DNA from: Epiperipatus broadwayi
Taxonomy: Eukaryota > Animalia > Onychophora
Assembly (NCBI GenBank): GCA_028023455.1
Contig: JAQFVV010000006.1
Coordinates: 16,988,001-17,052,000, forward strand
Length of the DNA stretch: 64,000 nucleotides
Direction: 5' to 3'
Part shown: positions 23,726 to 39,039 of the stretch, piece after piece
Position numbering within the stretch: the stretch's first letter is position 1
Layout of the letters: each line of letters opens with the position of its first letter
Made by a program: the position numbers and the translations under genes
The notes under the pieces: model-generated
Database searches by the model: none
What the model saw: the letters and a program-made list of their open reading frames with translations, nothing else
Told to the model about the DNA's origin: nothing

Positions 23726-26520
23726 GATATTAAATGGGATATTGTAGGACTTTGTGAAGTTAGAAGAAAATGGAGATATACTTTACTATAAACATATATG
23801 TATTGGAAACACAAAGGAGTTGAATTTATTATACATAAAAAGTTGGAACACAATATTTTGCAAATTGATGGCTTATCAGACAGAGTGGCAAGATTAGTTA
23901 TTCAATGTAATGAAAGATATCACATACAGGTAATTCAGGTGAATGCCCCTATAAGTTCCATTGTGATAAAGTAGAGGATTTTTATAAAGATACACACAAT
24001 GCTTTTGAACAGATGAAATAACACTTTAAAATTATTCTGCTAGACTTTAATGTTACAACTAGCAATTTAAAAATGAAAGTGCCATAGATGAATTTGGTTA
24101 TGAGGATAGAAATGAGACAAATCACATACTTGTTGAGTTTGCTGAAAGCAAAGAAATGAATATTATGAATTCTTTTGTTGACCAATAGGAAATAAGTATT
24201 TGAAGATTATAATTTTCTTAAGATTTTAAGAGATAATAATTGATTAGTAAGATGTATGGTATGTGTTAATGGTAGAATAGAACTATCAAATAGGTCAGTG
24301 TTTTCTTGAAGGTATTTTAGTTGTATTTATTGGTTAAACTATTTCCACCATCCAATGTTAATAGGACTATTAAAGATATCTAGTACTTAATATTAAATGA
24401 TTGAAATAGTCCAACAAATAAATGCTATCAAAAAGTCAGTTAACAGTTGATACTCCTACTCTCTAGAAGCACTTCAATGATATCTCCATGGACTTGCTAA
24501 TTGTTTTAAGATATTGACAAATTTTGTGAATGATTTGAACTTAACTATTAGCAAGAAGGGAAATGTTAATCTACTAAGAACTACAACAAGGATAGTTAGT
24601 ATAGCAATGTTTTATACATTTTCAACTAAGATAAGACAATTTATGAAGAAAGGAAAGAATATGAAAATATTTTAAAATAATCCATTAAGAACAATTGAAT
24701 ATTTGGAGTTTTATAAAATAATATAAAAAATGAATTAGTAATAATATAAACAAATGTAACTGAATTAGAATGGAAAGTTATAGAAGTGAATAAAAGTTTC
24801 AAAAATATAAAACATTAGTTATGAAAGAAAAGTTATTTAACAACTAGAAGATGGAACTATTACTAAAAAGGGAGTGATATCATAAGATGTGTTGAAGAAA
24901 TTTATAAAGAATTATATAATAATAAAAAACAAACAAATTAATCACTACAGTTGATGTTCTTCTGAAATGCCAAGTATTTTACATAAAGAAGGTAAAAGTT
25001 CCAGAAAGGTGATGGAATTATTATCGATATTTAAAAAAAAACTGTTGGCGAAACTTTAAACCAAATGTCTAAATGATAAATACATATCAGATGATTGATA
25101 GAATGCAATAGTAATATTGGTATTTTAGAAAGATGATAATTAAAGACTTATAAGTCTTCCATCTGTTCTACACAAAGTCTTCACCAAAATATTTGCAACT
25201 CATCCAAATCCAAAACAACAAGCCAGACATAAACGTGATTTTAGAACAGTGGATAAAATCTAAGTTATAGAATGGACTAATAAATATAATTTGCCATTAT
25301 ACTTTAGGTTTTCAGATTAGCATTTCTACACTGATTAAAGTTTTGGATTATCAACATAGAGATTGAGGTCATGCTCTCAATACTATTTATCAGGATGAAA
25401 CAGCAGTGATCTTATCACATGATGACATGAAGAAGATGAATATTGAGAACAGAGTAATTTTTATATTCCCCAAGTCTTTTACAACAATTTTAGAAGTATT
25501 TTGTGGACTAAAATATGAAATTATTGGGATAAAAATACATATAGATTATTTAGATCATCAAATTTTGTAGTCGATGTAGTTGTTTCTGCAAATAATGCTT
25601 CAGAGTTTCAAAAAACTGTGCAGGAGTTATCAAATGAAAGTCAAGAAATGTTAAATGCATTTTCTCAGAAGGTAATTATGAATTAGAAGAACTTACCAAT
25701 TCTAAATGCTTATTAATATAGATTGGGAACTTCATGGATGGAATTTATCATAGAATGCAGAAATGCTTTCAGTAGAAAAACTTTGTATTAAAAGGAAATA
25801 TATTTACAGGTTTGAAAAGGAAGGTTTTTACTAACTGGATTTTATTAGTTCTTAATTAAAAGAGAAATATGCCTATATGTTTTAAATAAAAAAAAAGAAT
25901 ATATATGATTATAGGAGGTATTAATTGATAAATATAGAATGTAAAAAGAGTAAAATATATAATATTTAATAATATTAAAAAGGTAATAATTAAATAATGA
26001 TTATAAGAAAATTGTAATATTCATGTATATTTATATTATGTTATAGTTCTGAAGAAGATTGCTGGGGTGATCGAAACTGTCATAGAGGGTTGTAATTAAA
26101 GCATTATAAACAGTAATAATGAGCATAAATGATTTAATATTACATTATATGTTTTAAATAGGTTTTTAGTAGATGAATTTTACTGGTTTTTATTTATGTT
26201 TCTGAAACTTTGACATTTAACTTAAGAAAAAACAGAGATTTTATAGCAGCCAATGATAAAGAGATTTATGATTGGAATAACTAATAGGGATTGAAATCAA
26301 AGTATATTAATGAGAGAACAAACAAATATGATTGATATTCCTGAAATAATTAAGAGTTTAATTGGGAATAGATGAACTGTTGCAGTTTTAAATCGGATTC
26401 CAAGAGATTATAATAAGACCTAGAATGAGAGCTCATGTGGGATGGATGGGTGAGCTAATGAAGTTGCAGGTGTCATTTGAAGAAGTGACAGTGGATCAGA
26501 GAAACTATTAAAATGCAAGA
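23726..26520 (+). pseudogene. Heavily decayed RTE-clade LINE (APE endonuclease, RT and 3' end)
   Basis: IKWDIVGLCEVRR, LSDRVARL, IQVIQV.AP, LLDFN and EFAESKEMNIMNSF. RT remnants at ~24800-25850 and the 3' end at 26340-26520. Confidence 0.85.
26041..26087 (+). ncRNA. Penelope-type minimal hammerhead, degenerate
   Basis: CTGAAGA a gattgc-tggg-gtgatc GAAAC t GTC. Stem I is poor. The upstream context is homologous to the 28751-28810 copy. Confidence 0.45.
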
Positions 26521-28750
26521 AATTCTTTCTATCCTTTAATTAATGGATGTTAATATTAGTTTGAAAAAGTTGTTGATTATTATTGCAGAATTAGATTTTG
26601 TGAGAAAATATGAAATTAAAAATAAACCTTGTTTCAATTTTTTTAATGTGTTGGTGAATATGCATGGTATGATGTCCTATTTATATAATAACTTGCATTA
26701 GTTTATGCTGTGCATGCACTCTACATTTGTTATGATCTATAGAAAAGAGTTGAATCTATACTAACATATATAAATGTATTGCTAGGATTAATATTAATAA
26801 AAAATGCTAAATTCTCAAATAAAATATAAATTATTAATTATCATATTTTTAATAATAAAAGACTAAATATAAAATAGTAGGTAACAAGTTTTATAATAGA
26901 AAAAGCAAAGTTAAATTATAATTATAGAAATAAGTCAACTGTCATTCAGAAGCAGATGGTAACTATATAAAAAGAAATAGCATTCCTAGAAAAGTAAAAC
27001 GATGATTGGTCAGATAAATATTAAAAGAAGAAATCAGCAATATTGTTTAAAAGCTTTTTATAAATAAATGAATTAACAGTTTGGGAAATTGCAACAGAAT
27101 CTATTAAGAAATTTAAAGTTCATAAAAAAAAAACGTCAATAAAATAAAAATCAATATTTTAATTATTACTAATAAAAAAAATTATTAAATATCAGTTTGA
27201 AGTTTTAAATTAATATAATTATTATAATTGATTAAATTATTAGAATATAATATAAAAAGCAATGAAAAAAAATAGAAAATTATCGTGAAATATATATATA
27301 AAAAAATGTAATTCAATCTTGTATAGATCTTGTCAATTTTTTTAAAATCAATCAAGGTTAAACAACATATATTTGACCCAAAAAAAGTTTATATAATCAC
27401 ATAAAAAAATGGAATGCGTTTTAAAGAAAATATTATTTTTATGTAATACAATAAAAAAATTATCGTTAAAAAACAAAACAAACTACTAATTAAAAAGAAA
27501 ATGACAATCAAGGAATTTTCTGAACTTATCAGATTAAAATTTTAATTATTTTTCCTTTTTATTTACGTACACAAATATAAATAAATAAAAAAAGATATTT
27601 GTTTGTGTGTAATGGATAATATAAATAGAAAATTAATATTTTAAAAATTATGTTTAAAAGTTAATGATTTTTTTTTAAAATTAATAATTTAAATAATTTA
27701 AAAAAGCTAATGATTTGCATAAATGACTTTGAAATGAAATTATATATATATTGCATTTGAAATGGGCGTTGTATACGGGTAATATTAATTCTGTATATAG
27801 TTGATTTTCAAAGATAGGATGAGATCTTTGGTTAATTTTTTCTCTCTCAATTTTTGATTTATTCTTTGAATCATCCCCCCCCCCCCTATCTTTATGTGTA
27901 TTATATTGTTTCAACTATCTTCTATGGTTATTTTCAATAATAATTCCTATAAAATGTACATATACATATAATAATATATAGCATGTTTACAATAATGTAT
28001 AACTGGATTTTTTAAAATGTAATTAGTATTATATATTATAAATGTAAATATGAATATTTTATAGAAATGATTCTTGAAAGATATTGTAAGAAAGGTATTA
28101 ATTATATAATATGCATAAAGATAATAAAAGGAATGGTTCATAAAATATGGTCACATTTGGAAACTGCTTGGAGTATTGAAATGAGTTAGCCATTTTAGGA
28201 AAAAAAAAAAGATAGAATACTTAATAATAAAGTACTTATTAATGAAATATCAATTTAATAAAATAATTTTTAGATGTGACAATTTAAAAAAGAAATATAT
28301 TCTGGTGGAAAATTTTAATTTTTAGCATAAAACATGAAATAAATTAATGAATATTACACATCTTTTATGTAAATATTTCTAATATGTTATATTTGTAAAT
28401 ATATATGTAATATGTATATTTATATCTCAATAATATTGTTTTGTGTATTGATATCAATATTTTTAATAAAATTGTATGTAGTCTTTGTAGCATACATAGT
28501 TTTATTTTTTATCATATGTATATTAATAATTTTGCACCATTCTCTAGATAAATATACAATGTAGAAAAAAGGAAATAATTTATATATAATGTTTTTTTTT
28601 ATATGTTAACTGAAATTATATTTTGCAATCAAAATGTCTTATTATAACCAAAATCACACTTTTCTTTATGTTTGCCGTAATATCCCATAAATATAATTTG
28701 TCCAAACTTCAAACACTTTTTAGAAAAACTCTTTATTTGTACATACACAG

Positions 28751-28790
28751 ACGCCTACGTTTCGACTGACCTGCAGTCTTCTTCAGAGCT
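28751..28790 (-). ncRNA. Penelope-type minimal hammerhead
   Basis: Reverse complement reads gct CTGAAGA a gactg-caggt-cagtc GAAA cg TA ggc. Stem III is the palindrome ACGT and stem I is 3 bp. Confidence 0.65.
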
Positions 28791-30194
28791 ATTATATAAT
28801 ATAAAAAAGAGCATATTTATAGAGGTATTTAAAAGTAATTACATTCTTCAATTTAAATCAAAGTTACCATCCTATATAATCATTTAAATATTAAAATATA
28901 TTATAAAATCAAAAATATATGTGTAAAAATATGTATAAAATTAATTGGCTGCATTTAAATTATACTTACTGTTGCTATACATGCAAATTTAGTATAAATT
29001 ATAATCAAACTTAAAAAAAAAAAAAAACGAAAAAACCATAAACTTATAATAGTAGAGATCATTGATATGTGCACTTTGCAGAGTAATTAAATGTATAAAT
29101 ATAATAAATGAACTAAATTGGTGATTAAATTTCATAAATTAAGCTAAAAATGATCTAATTAAAATAGAAGTTATCCAAAATGTTTTATACACATGCATTG
29201 TTTATTAGCCAATAGCATTCATTGTAACATTTGTGTCTGCTATGACATTTGTTATCATTATCCCTATACTAGTGAGAAAGTGTTTACCGAATCGTATGTT
29301 CACATTTGTTATCATATCCACTGAAAGTTAAAACTTACGTTTTTGGTTGGATATGTCGTACTTAGATTTAGTATGCTTATGAAAGAAAAGATGAAACAGC
29401 TCAGGGGAAAAACATTGCATAATTTTTATTGACTGTTTATTAAACATGATCCGAAACTAAGTTTAAATTGTTAGATTAATTTATACATATAAACAAAAAT
29501 TTCATAATGAATAGAATTTGTGGTAAAATAAAATTACTTTTTTTTTTTTGCATATTTAATATTAAATGTTACTTTTCCTTAATTAATTTAAAGAAAGTAT
29601 TTTAAAAATGAATTTTATCACATAAAGCTAATAAAAAAAAAACAATTGAACTTCACTAGAAAAGTATAAAACTATTTCTTGATGTGTAATTTTGGGTATG
29701 TCAAAAACATTTTTAATATTGTATATTAATTTTAATTTTTATAGGTATGCATCAAATTAATGAAAGAAAACTAAAAATTAAAATAATAGTTATAGAAATA
29801 TGTAAAAACATTTACTCATAGTATAATATAATCAATGTCTGCAAAATTTCTAGAGTTGAAACTTTATTTTATTATTGTTTAATTATTTCGGACAAAAATT
29901 AAAATGTAGAGTTTTAGTTTTAAAATGGTGCCCACCAATGCAAAATTGTGGTAAAATTCTTTGGATTTTAATTGATCTAATGTCACATTGTAATATTATA
30001 GTGGTGATTTTTGTTGGGCAGGAGTGACACAAGGGCAAATCATAACGCTGGTAGTGAGCCTTGTTATTAATAGTAATAAAGTTGCTAAAATTTTGTAAAC
30101 AATATTTCAGAGAACTAAATAATTAAAAAAAAATGTTATTACAAATTTTTTATGATTGCTTGTAAATGATTGGCAGGAGTGTGTTCCACTATTC

Positions 30195-30589
30195 CAGGGG
30201 TCCCCAACCCTATGCCCACGGTACCATGGTGCCCGCAGATCACTTTACATGTGCCCGCCGCTATCCGAACACAATAAAAAATTATTTATCTGATACAAAT
30301 AAATTTAATTTTTAAAATTTCTTATAAATTATTGTATTATATTGTAATCAAATTGTAGGGCATACTATACTTTTACAGCGTAAAAATATAAACGTTATTT
30401 ACGTTAAAATGTTATTTTTGAAATAAATATTTTTTTGTACATTATGTGTATTATTAACCATATCCAACTATAAATTTACATTGAAAAAATAAATAGTGCC
30501 CGCCATCTAGTTGAAAAAATAAATGGTGCCCACCACCTGTCTGATATAATAGAATGTGCTCTTAAGTGCAAAAAGGTTGGGGACTCCTG
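30195..30589 (-). mobile_element. hAT MITE, same family as 21208, inverted
   Basis: Same TIRs and internal sequence. Exact 8-bp TSD CACTATTC at 30187-30194 and 30590-30597. Confidence 0.95.
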
Positions 30590-33500
30590 CACTATTCAAA
30601 CAATTTGTATATCAAACAAAACATAAGATGCAACATAAAATTGATTTCAATATTCAAATCTGATATTTTGCTTTTAATAGCAATAAATTAACTATTTTAT
30701 ATCACTTAAATGGAAAGTGTATATAATTAATAGGGGTTAGATTATAGGGTTATACATTTTCAGACTAGTTTCTCTTTGTTGATCATAGTTAGTGTGCTAT
30801 TTCCAATAAACAACTATTTTTACTTTTATATTTTTTAAATTAAAATGGCTTAAATTTCAAATGCTAATGGGTTTGAACCCATATGAACTGAACTGCATAT
30901 GTTATATATATAATTTTTTTGTGATCACAATTATGAATAAACTATTATAAACAGTTTTGATGGGGGGGGGGTATTTGTAATCCCAAGTCATTACGTAGAT
31001 ATTAAAACATATGTAAAGTAGCAAGGTCTTATTTAATATACAGTACATTTTAAAATTACCCCCCCCCCAACTAATGATTTAAATGAATCAACAAAATGGA
31101 AATCCTTTTTAATATCTGAGTGTTGCAACAGATTGCCGATATTACAGTGGATACTTTTAATCATTGGCTTGGGTAATGCAATTTCCATATGATAACCAAT
31201 TAGCTACATGCATTTACTGTTTCCATTTATTATCTGAGTGTTAATTTTAAGCATTGGCTTGGAGTATGATGTGATTTCCGTATAATAACAAGCTAGCTAT
31301 GCACACTTATGATGTAATATACATTTTGTATATAAAACATATTTTTAGCATACATTTAGACATCAACAAAAAATATTAAAAAAAAACAACTGTTATTCAA
31401 AATTGATATTCTTCTAATTTACTGCAGTCAAACTTAGGCACTTTAATTACAGTGAGTTGAATGCACTCTCTTAAACTATATTATGTTTTTTTTTAATATT
31501 CTTGACATTTCGTCAACAAATAACTCATCTGGTGGAGCATTTAAGGTCTTTATATAGACACTGCTTTTTTTTAACCAGAATATTCTTTATTGCTAAACTT
31601 TTTGATGACACAATAAGTTAGTATTTACTGAAATATTTTATCCCTTCACATCTTTTCAACACTAATTTAATTTAATCTCTGTTTTAATTGAATAAGTTAC
31701 TATTTGCTGAGCAAATAAATAATAGTACACAACTTTTTTTTTTTATAGTATATTCTGAATTGATGAATCCTAATCTAGCCAGTTTCAGCATACACGAATT
31801 GTTTTCCTTTCAAAATTAAATCAATTTTTATTTCAGAACATAAACATTTCTTAGCTTTTCAAAGCTTGTTAGAATTACTTTCATTGCTTTTATACTTTGG
31901 CATTATTTGAAACAAAATTTTATTTACTTTCATTTAAAATGGAAAAGCAATGCGTACAAGGCTTCTATTGAGATTTGCAACAGTCTTTGACAAAATAACA
32001 GGAACATTTCTGCCATATCAGCACTGTGTTTGCACACAATTTCAGAAATATACACCGGGGGAATTCAAAAATAATTATAATAAAAAATTGTATATTTATT
32101 TTTAGGTGCTGCAAATTGAATCATTTAAAAAAAAGTATAGTCTACTTAATGCAATGCACTGCAAAGCAGTCCAGAAGCATTTGCAAAGGGATGCATTTTA
32201 ATACTTATCACTCTAAATCCGCAAATAAATAAAAAAATTACACAAAATGGTAAAGAGTGAATATGGCTGATAGATAAGCTGGGTCATGCTGAATTTATTT
32301 GAAAACTGTTTCACACTCAAGGCTTTGAGAGATGTCACTTTTGGAATACAGTTTGCACCTTTTTTTTTTGCATGTAAAAATATGTTTATGTTTTACTGCA
32401 TCACGTAAATGCTTCAGAATTTGCAGATAAAATGTCTGATTGTTATGAACTAAATCTGGAGAAAAATGTTGCTTGCATTAAAAAAAAAAAAAAAAAGCGT
32501 TAATTCGATATTTCAGCCATCATTAAAAAAAAGAGACAAATATGCGAAATGCACTTTAGAAAAAAATGTGGTAAATGAAACCATGATTTCACCTGGTGAT
32601 GTCATTTGGCTGATTGATGCAGAAGGGTTTCTGCAAAAAGTGTGTAACAGCAAAAGAATATACTAAAACAGGTGTGCAAACCAGAGAACGATTCTGGGTT
32701 TTTTGCCCTGTCCCCATATCGCATATTAAGATTTTTTTTTCTACAGATAGAATCTTAAGGATAAAATTGCAAGGGATATTTAGCACAGTTACTTAAAAGT
32801 GTAAAAGAAATCGTATTGATAACGCCCAAATATCCAAAAGTACAATCTATTAATGTTTCAAGTCTGGAAGTAAGAATTATTTTATCTAGAAATGGAGGAT
32901 GAAAATTACATGAATCATTATCTACTGAGATTGGCTGAAAAAATATCATGAAGAATGTGGCCAAAAATAATACTATGCATCAAATCACTAGATATCAAGA
33001 GACATTTGAACACATCATTTGACAAAACAATCCATCATGAAGTACTATTTTCAAGATACTCTTTCCTCATGAGAATGATATATTAGAGAAATGATAGATT
33101 TAGGAGTGTAAAAACTGGATAAGGAATCATTGAAAGAATGCATTTGTGGATCACCAAAAAATAACCTAATGATAGACTATTGTGGTTCAATTCATCTCTA
33201 CATGAGTGTACCACATTTGCAGATTTTGACATTTTGAAGAAAATAGATTTCCACCAATATTTAATCATTATTTTGAGACTGGATTTCTTATTCCAAGATG
33301 ATAATAGTATACTTTGATTTATATGAAATCATGCAGTCAAATATTAACCCGAGAAACATATCATATGGGCTTTTAATTGCGATTTAAATATTATTGAACA
33401 TTTGTAAAAGGTTAGTGGAATTAATGGTAAATTATATATCTCCATTTTTACTTCTCAGAGAATGTGAGGGATTTTTCCCACCAGGAATGGCTTACTATTT

Positions 33501-34831
33501 TTCTAAATATTGTTAAAAAAATATAATACAAATAAAAGCTAACCCCATGTACGTGTATATTTGTTTATTGCTATATATATACACACACACGTGCAAACTC
33601 ACAGGTATTTATGTTACATGTATAAATGTAAGTTAGCTTTTAAAGAATATACTTCAGGGCCAACTCTCTCTAAGGCATTTTTTCTTCCACAGAGAAATAA
33701 TAAAAGAAAAGTGTTTGTTGTTGCTGGATGATGAAGATTTGAATATTTTCTAGCCTACTTTTATCTTTTAGTTCAGAATTGCTAGATAAACATTTACTAA
33801 CCTAAATATTGAATATTTAGATGAATTGTTTTAGGTGGATCCTAAAAGAAAATTTCCAACTAAGTCTGGTTGGAACCTGATAAAATGACACCATTTTATC
33901 TAACCCAGATTTGAATTCAGATTGTAAGTATGACAATCAAATGTGTTAGCATCACTTCCATGAAGTGTTTTTATAAATGAATTGTTGAGTATCTTTCAGT
34001 AGACCAACATGGAAAGTAACTCCTATTTGAAAGATTATCAGTAAATAAATATATACCTCATTCCCTAGTCGTTTCTGTTATCTTATTTTTTATCTTATTT
34101 ATTTAAGCAGTTATCTAAGCAGATATATTCTATAATTGGAAAAAGTCCACTTTCTTTCTTCACCAAGTAAACTTTTATCTGCTGAGATATTCTGAGTGGT
34201 ATTTTGAGAAAAGTCTTTTCAGATTTTAAGCAAATAAAATGTGTACTTCAGGGTTAGATATTATATATTTGTGAAACTTGAGCATATTTGAATAGCTCTT
34301 TATTAGATGAGTGCGTCGTGCATAAATGAATAAAAACCATGAAATTGTAATTTTAACAACGCTGCCAGGATTGTCATTAACATTTGCTATAACTAAATTA
34401 AGTTATTTTTGTAGTTAAACTTTTCACCCACTTGATTAGATTAGCCAGTTGTATGAATAATATGACATTACTGTCTTAGTTTAATGAGATTGTTTTATGG
34501 AATGCATGTAGAATTTTTTTTAATTTTTTATCTGTCTGTAATATTTATTATTGAGATGAAAATATGTGTTGACAGGTTTTAACATCAAACAAGGAAAGGA
34601 ATCAACAGAAATGTTGATTTCTTTTTTTTCTTCTTGTGTAAATTAATAATAGTAAGTACCTTCTGGCACATTTTTTTTGTTGTTTAGAATTTTTTTCAAT
34701 ACGAAGCTGTGACAGAATATATATATATATTTTGATTTATGACAGCTTTAAGAATTTTTAAGTGTGAATTTATTTTATTATTGTTTTTTGAAGAAAATAA
34801 TTGCAGTTATATTTGCCATTTATTATTATTA

Positions 34832-34930
34832 TTTTTTTCCACGTGTCAAAGCATCGGTCGGGAAGCGAACCCGCAAACCCGGGCCAATTGCTTGTAAGGC
34901 AGCTGCGCTGACCACTCGTAGTACACGGTA
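34832..34930 (-). mobile_element. tRNA-derived SINE, copy 3 (divergent subfamily)
   Basis: Reverse complement reads gagtggtcagcgcagctgccttacaagcaattggcccgggtttgcgggttcgcttcccgaccgatgc, then an A-tail. Confidence 0.85.
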
Positions 34931-35349
34931 TTTCAGCATTCAGTTATTTTTATTTGGTTCAAATTTATTAACAGAACTTGTAAGTGATTCATGTAAGGTT
35001 TTTTTTTTTTTGTAAAAGTTATAAATTTTTGTATTCTGGGAGTTTATTGAAATTTTAAAAAAATCAAATCTATAGCGTTGTTTAAAAGATAAACAGATGT
35101 GTTCTGTAGCGGTCATCAAAATTATGCCTACTATATTGAATGCACTAAAACATCACTTGACAACAGAAACCAAAATGTACGTATGCTGCACTGGATTCAG
35201 ATCTATATGACTGTACAAACGAATTAGATTTGATTGCAAACATGATGTTTTCAGTTTGGTCTCACAGTTTTATAGTTAACTTAAAAGGTGGATGCTGGAG
35301 GGCTGCATTAGATCCTAAGATCTAGGTGCAGTGCTCTCAGATCCAAGCC

Positions 35350-35391
35350 TCTTCACTGATGAAAGCAATAAGCTAGAAACTAGCCTGGAGG
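35350..35391 (+). ncRNA. Degenerate Penelope-type hammerhead
   Basis: tcttca CTGATGA aagc-aataa-gcta GAAA ctag CC tggagg. Stem I is 6 bp. U16.1 is replaced by C. Confidence 0.55.
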
Positions 35392-38300
35392 TATTGGATA
35401 ATGGTTATACGAACAAGAATGCAAGATTTTATCTTGGAATTACTACTGTTATACTCTGTTTACAATTTATAGTCTTCCACATGTTTTCTCCAAATTGAAA
35501 AGACGAAGAGATTGTGTTCAGTGCAAGTCAAAAGTCAAATCTTTCTCTCATCAATAATCCAAGGATTCAGCTTACTCAGATTCAAACAGTCTGTCGTAAA
35601 GATCACTGGAAATTTCCACCCCTCACCACTTTATACTACAATTGTCATCTTTAATTTTTTATTTTTTGCTCTTCCGAACTATGATAGTCTTAAAAATAGA
35701 ACATAGGACTAGACCTTATTCATATAAGATCCAACAAAGTCCATTTATCTGTATAGACCTTTTATTTTCTTATATTTTTAATTTGTTATATAATAAAACA
35801 TGTATGAAATTGGTTGGCTTTGTTGTTGTCTTGCGTATATCTCAGTTTCTATATTACTGGATTTTTTTTTTTTTTTTTGGAGTAGTGGCTCTTGCAATAT
35901 CTTTCTTTTTATCAGTTATACTACTATATATTTAGCCACGAATATTTGTTAGCTGGGAACAATACAGGCAGGTAGGCATCAATTAATGTAAATTTTTAAC
36001 AGTGCCATATTTCATTACTGCAGCTTATAAAAAATGATACATTTTTATTTAATGAAAACAAAATTCACTTATTGTGAATTTAAAATTCAGACGGTTTTAA
36101 CCAATTAGTTTTCGCTTTTTTGACAACAGTAATGACCACATATTTATCAAAAGTTACTTGTTTACATATATATATTAAAAGCTCTTGGCACCCAAAAGAT
36201 TAAAGGGACAATACCTGCAAAAAGGAGGCTTCTGATCTTTTTTGCAGGTATTGATTCTTTTAGAAAATAACAATAACAAAAAAAAAAATCTGTCGACATT
36301 TTTTTTCTAAACAATGTTTTTTCTTTTTAAGTGAAAATACTTTTTAATAGTTTGATTTATTTGATTATTTTAAATCAAACTTAAAAGAATAATTTATTTT
36401 AATTATCCTTTGATCTTTAATTTTTTTTAATAAGTAATTAAAAAAATGTTTTAAAAAGAATTTTGTTGTTGTTATATTATGTTAGTAAATAAACAACGAA
36501 ATTCATGTGCAAAAAAGTAACTAATTTCTTGAAATTGGAATCAACTCTCGATTTTTTAAATACAATCATCAGTTTGAATGATGTGAATTTGAATACTGTG
36601 ACTTTTTTTTCCAGCATGTAATATTTGCATTAATTTGAGCCTACCTGTAATTATAAACAATACAGTAAGAATTTTTACTAATTATACATTCATTTTAAAT
36701 AAAAATATTATGCAGTGTCATTAAAAAATTGCACAAAAGAATAATAATAAAAATAAATAAATTTTATAAATGTTAGCTATTCCATTACAAAAACATAAAA
36801 CAGTATATACACATTTAAAATTGACATTCTATGCATAAAATTCACATGAGCTTAGTTTAAATAAAATGCACTACTATGTAAATTGACAAATATACTCTTA
36901 GCTCTTCCAGATCATATCATTTTCAGAGAAAATATCTTGTTCTTAATATTTGTCTTACTATTTCAATATACCAATTACTTTTCTTTGTAGAATATCCGGA
37001 ATATTTTTTTTTCTTCTGGTAGATACTTATACATTTTATTAGTATATTCTATTTGCCCTCATTTAATTTTCCCCAGCTATACTGCATTATATCATTTGAG
37101 AAATCAAAATGATTCGTGCAACCTTTATTTATTTTACTCCATTTTCTTTCTGATATAATCCACAAAATATTTTCCGTAAAAGTTAGACCAAAAGTTTTGA
37201 AGACATGAAATATGATAAAATGCATATATCATCATCTCCATCATAGTATAGTGTAATCACTATCACATTTTGATAAATATTTTTCACTATTTAACAATAT
37301 TTTAGTCTTTTGACATATTTTAAATTTTGGCCACAAGAAATGCTTGCAACAATCAAGAATGGTGACTTAATATTCATTAGTGTTAATAGGTATATGTTTT
37401 ATGAATACTTTCAAAACTAATTGACACCTCTATTTATTCATCTGTGTGGCTTTTTTTAAAAACGTATACAGTGATTCTATGTAATAGCAATCTTGGACAA
37501 TAAAATGATCTATGAAAAATTCAAATGTTTAGGTTAGTATAATACAATGTCAAATGGTATTACAGATTGACCTGTGTATTATTATTAATAGTTGAATATA
37601 ATTGAAAATTTAAATAAAAATTGAATTTTTCTAGACATTTCACAATTAATTACAATTAAATGCCTTCATCACAAATTTTCAGACAACTGTAATGATTCAT
37701 TATTTTCAAAAGCCTTTCCATTTTTAATAGATTTATTAGTGCCATTCAAAATTTGTAATGTTTAAAATGGTGTCATTTCTGAAATTATTTCATACACTTT
37801 CTTTATTTTACTAATCAAGTAATATATAATATTGAAATAATTTTTTTATTTTCCAATAATAAGGCTTTTTTTTTTTTTTAGATATGTTTTTCTTCTTCTT
37901 TAGTTTTAATTATTTTGCACATTGTTTAATATGATATTATTGATTCATTTGACACATTTTGCAGGATTCTAGATATTTCATTTTTTTAAAACTGTCTTTA
38001 TTTAAAAATTGTTTATATCTATTCCTTTATTTTGGCATATATTTATTTCCCCAGTGTTCTGCATCAGTTAATGAAGTGATGAAGTGTCTCTATTAATGAG
38101 TTAGTTTATTATAGTGTGTAAAACAAACTATAGCTTAACCCTCCTGCACTGTTCTTTCTGTTGAGTTTTTTGTAAGATTCCAAATATTTAGCCATTAGTT
38201 TATTCAAGAATTCAATAAAATGGATTTGATTTGGTATGAATATACATTTGCAAACTATTTTAAAACATATTTGAATTTTGCTAATATTTGAAAAATGGTT

Positions 38301-39039
38301 TCTTCTTGACAACAAAAAATGTTTTTTGTCAGAACAGATTGACTTCTGAAAATGAACAAATAAAATTGAAATTTTTTTTGGTAAATTTATAAAATTCTGC
38401 TTTGAAATCTTAAAATATTGCTTTCTAATTTTTAGAATATCTCAAAAGATTTTAACACTGTTTCAATTTTGATAGGTAATGACATTATTCTGTATAAATA
38501 ATTACAAATAGAAAGAACAACCATAATTTCTCAGCCCAAGGGTCATAATTTATAGATTCGGAACCTGGCCCTAAGATTTTTAACGCTTACTAAGTTGTAT
38601 ATGTAGTTATATATTTCTATCATTAGGTCATTATTTAAATATTTTAGTGAAAAATAATTATAGCACATAATTTTATAATTAGATTTTTGAATAGAATCTC
38701 ATCTATTGCTTTGGGTATAAGATATAATTTAGTGGTAAACATTTTCATAACTGTATGTATGTGATAACTTTTGTAAATTACTTGATTATTAATAATTACC
38801 TTCTTTATTGAAAAACTTCATGGTTTTAATAGTTAGCAGTATATTATTTATATATTCATCACTTGAGTTGGGTGAATCTTGGTATTTTTTTCAATCAACA
38901 GGCTTAGAATTATTTTATCAGGTAATATATCTCATAGCCAATTTAGTAACTATATAATATGGTTAGTAACGGGTAAAAAGTCTTATATTAATCTGGGATG
39001 GTCTGATAAAGTGTAATAATCTTCAATGTAATTATAATG

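Noticed and set aside
26800-28200. Extremely A-rich stretch with YIKEIAF-like peptide, possible Maverick or viral debris
   Set aside because: The similarity is too short and low-complexity to support.
32580-33310. Purine-rich, coding-looking stretch
   Set aside because: Stop density looks like random AT-rich DNA and I recognised no protein motif.
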